Assembly (NCBI GenBank): GCA_900544375.1 | Contig: UQUZ01000001.1 | Span: 52,270-116,269, forward strand | Source: an uncultured Oscillospiraceae bacterium | Lineage (GTDB): Bacteria > Bacillota > Clostridia > Oscillospirales > Acutalibacteraceae | Length of the DNA stretch: 64,000 bases | Reading direction: 5' to 3' | In this document: positions 58,704 to 64,000 of the stretch, piece by piece | Numbering within the stretch: position 1 is the first letter of the stretch | Layout: each line of letters starts with the position of its first letter | The notes under the pieces: generated by a model | What the model was told of the DNA's origin: nothing | Databases searched by the model: none | What the model saw: the letters and a program-made list of their open reading frames with translations, nothing else | Made by a program: the position numbers and the translations under genes

Positions 58704-60122
58704 TTATTCCAAGCCGAAGAAGGCTTTAAAGGCGCGGAAGGCCATATAAACGTCGATTTTAGAAACCACCTCAAAGGGCGCGTGCATCGAAAGCACCGGA
58801 ACGCCAACATCCACAACGTCCACATCGAGGTTCGCTACATACATGGCAACCGTTCCGCCGCCGCCGAGATCTACCCTGCCGAGCTCCCCGGTTTGCCAGC
58901 AGATTTGTTTTTCGTCAAAAAGCCTGCGCACTTCGCCCATGAATTCCGCGCTGGCGTCCGACGTGCCCGATTTGCCGCGGGAGCCGGTGTATTTTGTCAC
59001 GACTACGCCGCGGTTGAGGTAGGCGGCGTTTTTCTTTTCAATCACATCCGGGAAAGTGGGGTCAAAGGCGGCGTTCACATCCGCGGACAGGCAGCGGGAG
59101 CGGCTGAGCACGTCGCGCGCCTCCAGCCCTTCCATGCGGGCGAGATCCGCGATGAAATATTTGAGATAGGAGGAGTTGAGGCCGGTGTTGCCATCGCTGC
59201 CCGTCTCCTCCTTATCGGTGAGGACGGTGATCGCCGTATATTCCGGCTTTTCGCAGGCAAAGGCCGCCATAGCGGCCGGGTATGCGCACACACGGTCGTC
59301 ATGGCCGTAGCCGCCGATCATGCTGCGGTCAAAGCCGATGTCGCACACCGGGAAGGCGGGCACGAGCTCAAGCTCCGCGCTGAGGAAATCGCTCTCCACA
59401 ATGCCGTATTTTTCATGGAGCAGCTTCATAATATTGAGCTTCACAAGCTCGCTGCCCTCATCGCTGCGGAAGGGCCGGCTGCCGATGAGAATGTTGAGCT
59501 CCTCGCCCCGCACGCCGTCTGCAAGCGTGCGCTTCATCTGCTCCTGTGCCAAATGGGGGAGCAGGTCGGTTACAACGAATTTCGGCTCATCCGGCTGCTC
59601 GCCGATGCTCACATTGATCTTGCTGCCGTCGCGGCGGATGATCACGCCGTGCAGAGAGAGGGGAATTGCCGTCCACTGGTATTTTTTGATGCCGCCGTAA
59701 TAATGGGTTTTGAACAGGGCCATCTCAAAATCCTCATAGAGTGGGTTGGGCTTGAGATCAAGGCGGGGAGAATCAATATGCGCCGCGGCAATCCGCACGC
59801 CTTCTCCCACGCTCTTTTCCCCGATGACGGCGAGAATAATGGCTTTTTCCCGGTTTAGGCGGTAAACTTTATCGCCCGCGTGGTATTTCTTTTGCGGATT
59901 AAAGGGAGTGAAGCCCAGCGCCTCTGCCTTGCGGCAGAAAAATCCAGCGGCTTCTCGCTCCGTTTTGGCGGAATTTAAAAAGACCTTGTAATCCTCGCAA
60001 AATTGATCGGCGCGCTCAATCTCCGCGTCGGCCAGGCCGCCGCGCATCGCGTGCTTCGGCTTGAGGAACAATTCCTCCTGTAGCTGCTCGGCCTTGCTCT
60101 TTTCTTTGCCTAAATTGCTCAT
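58704..60122 (-). CDS. M18-family aminopeptidase
   Basis: 472 aa; AAHIDSPRLDLKPNPL, GGYGHDDRVCAY and the C-terminal MHAPFE pattern typical of M18/aminopeptidase I-like enzymes. Confidence 0.85.
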   Translation of the reverse strand: MSNLGKEKSKAEQLQEELFLKPKHAMRGGLADAEIERADQFCEDYKVFLNSAKTEREAAGFFCRKAEALGFTPFNPQKKYHAGDKVYRLNREKAIILAVIGEKSVGEGVRIAAAHIDSPRLDLKPNPLYEDFEMALFKTHYYGGIKKYQWTAIPLSLHGVIIRRDGSKINVSIGEQPDEPKFVVTDLLPHLAQEQMKRTLADGVRGEELNILIGSRPFRSDEGSELVKLNIMKLLHEKYGIVESDFLSAELELVPAFPVCDIGFDRSMIGGYGHDDRVCAYPAAMAAFACEKPEYTAITVLTDKEETGSDGNTGLNSSYLKYFIADLARMEGLEARDVLSRSRCLSADVNAAFDPTFPDVIEKKNAAYLNRGVVVTKYTGSRGKSGTSDASAEFMGEVRRLFDEKQICWQTGELGRVDLGGGGTVAMYVANLDVDVVDVGVPVLSMHAPFEVVSKIDVYMAFRAFKAFFGLE

Positions 60123-60706
60123 GATGTGGTTCCTCCTATATGATAAAGATTCTGGTAGCGGTGCATGGCGTTCGTTACCTTTTTGACATAATGGGCGGTT
60201 TCTGGGATAGGGATGCTGTCGAGCGTTTTGCCATCCTGCGACACGCCCGGATCCTTTAGCCAGCGGTTAACCTGCCCCCGCCCGGCGTGATAAGCGGCGA
60301 GAATCTCCTGCGTGGTGCCGAATTCCTCCTTGAGCAGGCGCAAAAACAGGGTGCCGTAGCGCACGTTTACTTCCTTATCAAAGAGCGCGTCGCCCTCTAA
60401 CGTTTCGCCCGTTTTGCTCTGAAGCCACTGGAAGGTGGGGAGTGTGAGCTGCATGAGCCCTTTCGCCTTTGCCGCGGAAACGGCCTCGGCGTCAAAATCG
60501 CTCTCCGTTTTCATCACGGCGTAGACAAGCGCTTCATCCAGCCCGTTTTCATCGGCATAGCGCTCGACCAGCGCCGCCTCCTTCATTGGGTAAAACGCCT
60601 TGAGCAGAGAGCGGTAGGATACCGCTGTCACCACGGCCACCAGGGCGGCAAAGAGAAGAAACAGAAGGCTGATTTTCAAAAAAGCTTTTTGTTTTCGGGT
60701 TTCCAT
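60119..60706 (-). CDS. Membrane-anchored lytic transglycosylase (SLT domain) protein
   Basis: N-terminal TM and the catalytic region AVMKTESDFDAEAVSAAKAKGLMQLT. ATGA overlap with the aminopeptidase gene. Confidence 0.85.
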   Translation of the reverse strand: METRKQKAFLKISLLFLLFAALVAVVTAVSYRSLLKAFYPMKEAALVERYADENGLDEALVYAVMKTESDFDAEAVSAAKAKGLMQLTLPTFQWLQSKTGETLEGDALFDKEVNVRYGTLFLRLLKEEFGTTQEILAAYHAGRGQVNRWLKDPGVSQDGKTLDSIPIPETAHYVKKVTNAMHRYQNLYHIGGTTS

Positions 60707-60748
60707 CGCTGGCCGCTCCCTTTCTGTTATGCATTTTGCTGCATATTT

Positions 60749-61366
60749 TTATGCTTCTTCTGTGAAACGGATGCGCGCCCATACGGGCTCCAACTCCTGT
60801 TGCAGGTCAAACGGGGGATAATTCCGCACCAAAAAATCCGCGTGCTCTTTATAGTATGTCTCACTTTTTTGCGCATTCACACGCAGGCGGGCAGATTCTT
60901 CGCTGATTTGATCGCGCTGCATGATGCGTTTGATCCGCAGCTCTTCCGGCGCGATGACGGCGATGATGAAATCGCAGGCGCGGTTTTCGCCGCTTTCAAA
61001 GAGCTGAGGCGCATCCAGCACCACGGCTTTTGCTTCGTTCTGAAAAGCGCATGCCGTTTCGGCGCGCATTTGTTGGATGATCGCGGGGTGTGTGATTGCG
61101 TTGAGCCGCGCCGTCTGCCCAGGGGAGGAGAAGGCGCGCTGTGCAAGCAGAGGGCGGTTGAGCGACCCATCCGGCAGGATGAGATCCGCTCCAAATGCAG
61201 CCGCCAGGGCGGAGAGAACAAAGCTGCCCGGCCGCGTCACCTTGCGGGCGATTTCATCCGCATCGATCACCGCCAGGCCCTGCGCGCGCAAGAGGGCGGC
61301 CGCCGTGCTTTTGCCCGCCCCTGTTTGCCCGGTCAGACCAATGACGGGGCCTTTTTTGTTTGTCAT
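60749..61366 (-). CDS. coaE: Dephospho-CoA kinase
   Basis: VIGLTGQTGAGKST P-loop; about 205 aa from the internal ATG (MTNKKGPV). Confidence 0.9.
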   Translation of the reverse strand: MTNKKGPVIGLTGQTGAGKSTAAALLRAQGLAVIDADEIARKVTRPGSFVLSALAAAFGADLILPDGSLNRPLLAQRAFSSPGQTARLNAITHPAIIQQMRAETACAFQNEAKAVVLDAPQLFESGENRACDFIIAVIAPEELRIKRIMQRDQISEESARLRVNAQKSETYYKEHADFLVRNYPPFDLQQELEPVWARIRFTEEA

Positions 61367-61456
61367 GATGAAAGCAGTCCTTCCATATGGGAGATCGTGA
61401 GGGCGTTTGTAAAATGCAAAATTCCTTTGAAAAAGCAATTAAAAAACGCTTCCCAA

Positions 61457-62482
61457 TTATACATCAATCATTTCAAACGCGGCGGCACGCAGCAGCCGGT
61501 TATAAACAGCAAGGCCCACGCCCTGCTTTTCCGGGCAGCGCGCATAGGCGGTGTGGATACCCATCGCGTCGAGTGAACGCAACGCATCGAACAGGCGCTG
61601 TGCCTGAGAGGAAGGGTCTCCCTCCCTGCCACAGGAGAGCGCGCGCACATGTAGGGCGGCTTCTTCCCCCTCATAGCATAGCGCTGCAACGCCCGCGCCC
61701 GCGTGATTGTTGACATATTGCGCATAGCGCTGAAATGGCCCGCGCAGGATTACCACATGGGCCTTCGGTGCATAGTGCTTATATTTCATGCCGGGAGAGG
61801 CGGCCTTTTCCCCTACCGCCAGCTGCTCCTCTACGGCGCGGTCTATTTCCACCTTGCCGAGTACGGCGCGCAGCTGCTCCGGCGTAATGCCGCCCGGGCG
61901 TAAAAGCCTGGGGCAGGGCGATGCGAGTGTTACAACAGTGGATTCTACGCCCACCGAACAGGGGCCGCCATCCACCACCGCCTGAATGCGCCCTGCCATA
62001 TCCGCCAGCACATGCTGTGCCGTGGTGGGGCTGGGGCTGCCCGAAAGGTTGGCGGAAGGGGCGGCAAGCGGCACGCCTGCCGCTTGAATGATTGCGCGGG
62101 CGAGCGGGTGGGAGGGCATACGCACCGCAACCGTGTCAAGCCCGGCGCTGACTTCCTCCGGAATCGCGGGGGATTTTGGCAGGATCATCGTCAGCGGACC
62201 CGGCCAATAGGCGCGGGCAAGCCGGATTGCCTGCGTGGGCACTTCACCGACCAAGGGATAAAGCTGCGAAAACGCCGCGATATGGACGATCAGCGGATTA
62301 TCCTGCGGGCGGCCCTTCGCCTGAAAAATTTTTGCCACAGCCTGCCCGTCAAGCGCGTTTGCGGCAAGGCCATAGACGGTTTCCGTCGGGATTCCGATAA
62401 GGCCGCCCGCGCGCAGGAGTGCGCCGATTTCCGCCAGCGCCGGCTGGTCGTCCGGTGTGATCTGATAAAGGTTTGTCTGCAT
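61457..62482 (-). CDS. tsaC: L-threonylcarbamoyladenylate synthase (Sua5/YwlC type)
   Basis: GGLIGIPTETVYGLAANA YrdC-domain motif plus a C-terminal Sua5 domain. ATG start preferred over the upstream TTG. Confidence 0.9.
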   Translation of the reverse strand: MQTNLYQITPDDQPALAEIGALLRAGGLIGIPTETVYGLAANALDGQAVAKIFQAKGRPQDNPLIVHIAAFSQLYPLVGEVPTQAIRLARAYWPGPLTMILPKSPAIPEEVSAGLDTVAVRMPSHPLARAIIQAAGVPLAAPSANLSGSPSPTTAQHVLADMAGRIQAVVDGGPCSVGVESTVVTLASPCPRLLRPGGITPEQLRAVLGKVEIDRAVEEQLAVGEKAASPGMKYKHYAPKAHVVILRGPFQRYAQYVNNHAGAGVAALCYEGEEAALHVRALSCGREGDPSSQAQRLFDALRSLDAMGIHTAYARCPEKQGVGLAVYNRLLRAAAFEMIDV

Positions 62483-62517
62483 GGAAGCCCCGTTCCTTTC
62501 CAAAGCAAGTGCGGGTG

Positions 62518-63594
62518 TTAAGCATCGCTTTCCGCTTTGAGCTTTTCCGCTGTGTCCGCCGTGATGAGCGCGTCGATCACTTCATCGAGCGCGCCATTCA
62601 TAATCTGCTCGATTTTATAGAGCGTTAGGCCGATGCGGTGATCGCTGACGCGGCCCTGTGGGAAATTGTAGGTGCGGATGCGCTCACTGCGGTCGCCCGT
62701 GCCTACCTGCGCGCGGCGTTCGCCTGCAATCGCCTCATGCTGCTTTTCCCGCTCCGCCTCCAAAATGCGCGAACGCAGGATTTTCATCGCGCGGTCTTTA
62801 TTCTTATATTGGCTGCGCTCGTCCTGGCATTCGACCACCGTGCCGGTGGGCAGGTGCGTGATGCGGATGGCGGATTCCGTTTTATTGACATGCTGCCCGC
62901 CCGCGCCGCCGGAGCGGTAGGTATCGATCTGCAAATCGGCGGGATTGATCTCCACATCCACCTCTTCCGCCTCCGGCAAAACAGCCACGGTTACGGTGGA
63001 GGTATGGATGCGGCCCTGCGATTCCGTTTCCGGCACGCGCTGGACGCGGTGCACCCCGCTTTCAAATTTCAAGCGAGAGTAGGCCCCTTCGCCTTCAATC
63101 ATAAAGCTAACCTCTTTGAAGCCGCCAAGCTCGGTTTCGTTTGCGCTGAGGATTTCGGCCTTCCAGCCCTTTGCCTCGGCGTACATGGAATACATGCGCA
63201 GGAGGGAGCCTGCAAACAGAGCCGCCTCCTCCCCGCCCGCGCCGCCGCGGATTTCTACGATCACGTTTTTTTCGTCGTTCGGGTCGCGCGGAAGCAGCAA
63301 AACTTTCAGCTCCTCCTGCGTGCGCTCCATTTCAGCGCGTGCCTGCTCCAGCTCTTCAAACACCATATCGTGGAACTCTTTATCGAGCCCGCCCGCGTCG
63401 AGCAGAGCTTTCGCCTCCTGAAATGTATCGCGCGCCGCCTTGAACTGGCGGTATTTTTCAACGATCGGGGCCAGGCGCTTCGCCTCTTGCATGAGTTTTT
63501 TATACTGCGCCTGATCGGTGACGATCTCCGGGTCGCACAGCCGAAGCTGAACCTCTTCATAGCGCGTTTCAACCTTTTCTAACTTTTCCAGCAT
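62518..63594 (-). CDS. prfA: Peptide chain release factor 1
   Basis: GGQ motif ([20 protein letters not shown]) and the RF1-type P-x-T tripeptide ([10 protein letters not shown]). Start at MLEKLEKVE. Confidence 0.95.
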   Translation of the reverse strand: MLEKLEKVETRYEEVQLRLCDPEIVTDQAQYKKLMQEAKRLAPIVEKYRQFKAARDTFQEAKALLDAGGLDKEFHDMVFEELEQARAEMERTQEELKVLLLPRDPNDEKNVIVEIRGGAGGEEAALFAGSLLRMYSMYAEAKGWKAEILSANETELGGFKEVSFMIEGEGAYSRLKFESGVHRVQRVPETESQGRIHTSTVTVAVLPEAEEVDVEINPADLQIDTYRSGGAGGQHVNKTESAIRITHLPTGTVVECQDERSQYKNKDRAMKILRSRILEAEREKQHEAIAGERRAQVGTGDRSERIRTYNFPQGRVSDHRIGLTLYKIEQIMNGALDEVIDALITADTAEKLKAESDA

Positions 63595-63669
63595 AGAATG
63601 AACCATCCTTCCTTTGGGGGAAAGCCGCAGGGGGCCTTCCAGCGTCTCGATTCAAACGGTCAATCGGCG

Positions 63670-63876
63670 CTAAGTTTCCGCATCCGGCACGGCGGAACCT
63701 TCCCGAAGGATTTTTTTAATATTCTTTTCGATTTTGGCGCGCGGCGCCATAATCTCACGCCCGCACTTTGTGCAACGGATGCGAAAATCCATCCCCGCGC
63801 GGAGTACGAGGAATTCTTTATTTTTGCAGGGGTGTTCTTTTTTCATCATTAAGATGTCGCCGGGCCTCACATCCAT
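63670..63876 (-). CDS. DUF951 family small protein
   Basis: MDVRPGDILMMKKEHPCKNKEFLVLRAGMDFRIRCTKCGREIMAPRAKIEKNIKKIL matches the DUF951 pattern I recall (GD.v.mKK.HPC....w.i.R.G.D.ri.C..C). GGAGG RBS; the listed 101-aa ORF over-extends upstream. Confidence 0.8.
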   Translation of the reverse strand: MDVRPGDILMMKKEHPCKNKEFLVLRAGMDFRIRCTKCGREIMAPRAKIEKNIKKILREGSAVPDAET

Positions 63877-64000
63877 ACCCAAATCGCCTCCAGCCGGATT
63901 CCAAAAGGAAAAGATATGGTAAATATTATAGCACAAAGGGGCATGAAAAAAAAGCATTTCCCATATATATAGCAACGTAGCCGGGCCGTATTTGCGCCCC

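Noticed and set aside
58695-59858. 387-aa ORF antisense to the M18 aminopeptidase gene
   Set aside because: It is a shadow ORF, Ala/Gly/Arg/His-rich, with no motifs. The minus-strand gene has clear peptidase motifs.

Overview
This window is mostly core chromosome from a moderately high-GC, spore-forming Firmicute. It looks like a Clostridia/Oscillospirales-type organism, but that is a guess from gene content and composition. I found no rRNA, tRNA, CRISPR array, transposase or integrase. Left to right, the recognisable blocks are: mfd, a HAD hydrolase, pth and glmU (minus strand); ppdK; a small regulatory/membrane cluster (membrane-tethered XRE, TM2-domain protein, small XRE) preceded by a tandem 114-bp module; rpmG-secE-nusG-rplKAJL with an L10 leader; ldh; an aldo/keto reductase; a Gfo/Idh/MocA oxidoreductase; sufC plus a SufB/D-like gene; two tandem AbrB-type genes with Cys4 tails; a complete arginine operon argGHC-(small membrane ORF)-JBDF; an AraC/GyrI regulator; a DUF3048 lipoprotein; mtnN; spoVT; a ytvI-like gene; hom-lysC; ddl-DUF1934-argS; a znuABC-like metal uptake operon; three low-complexity small proteins; a YfcE-like phosphoesterase; two TrkA/RCK genes; a REP-like hairpin cluster; an AT-rich two-gene islet; a SLOG/DUF1273 gene with a divergent RHH gene; an M18 aminopeptidase, an SLT-domain protein and coaE; and tsaC, prfA and a DUF951 gene. 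I cannot point to a clear novel multi-gene system such as a defence island. The loci worth a second look are the AT-rich sensor-like/secreted pair at about 55.9-57.2 kb, the tandem promoter-plus-hairpin module at 10.5-10.7 kb, the AbrB-Cys4 paralog pair, two ORF-free structured intergenic blocks (40.6-40.9 kb and 58.2-58.7 kb), and the three-gene low-complexity operon at 52.3-53.6 kb. Family names are from motif recognition by eye and were not searched. Hairpin and repeat coordinates were counted by hand and may be off by 1-2 nt.
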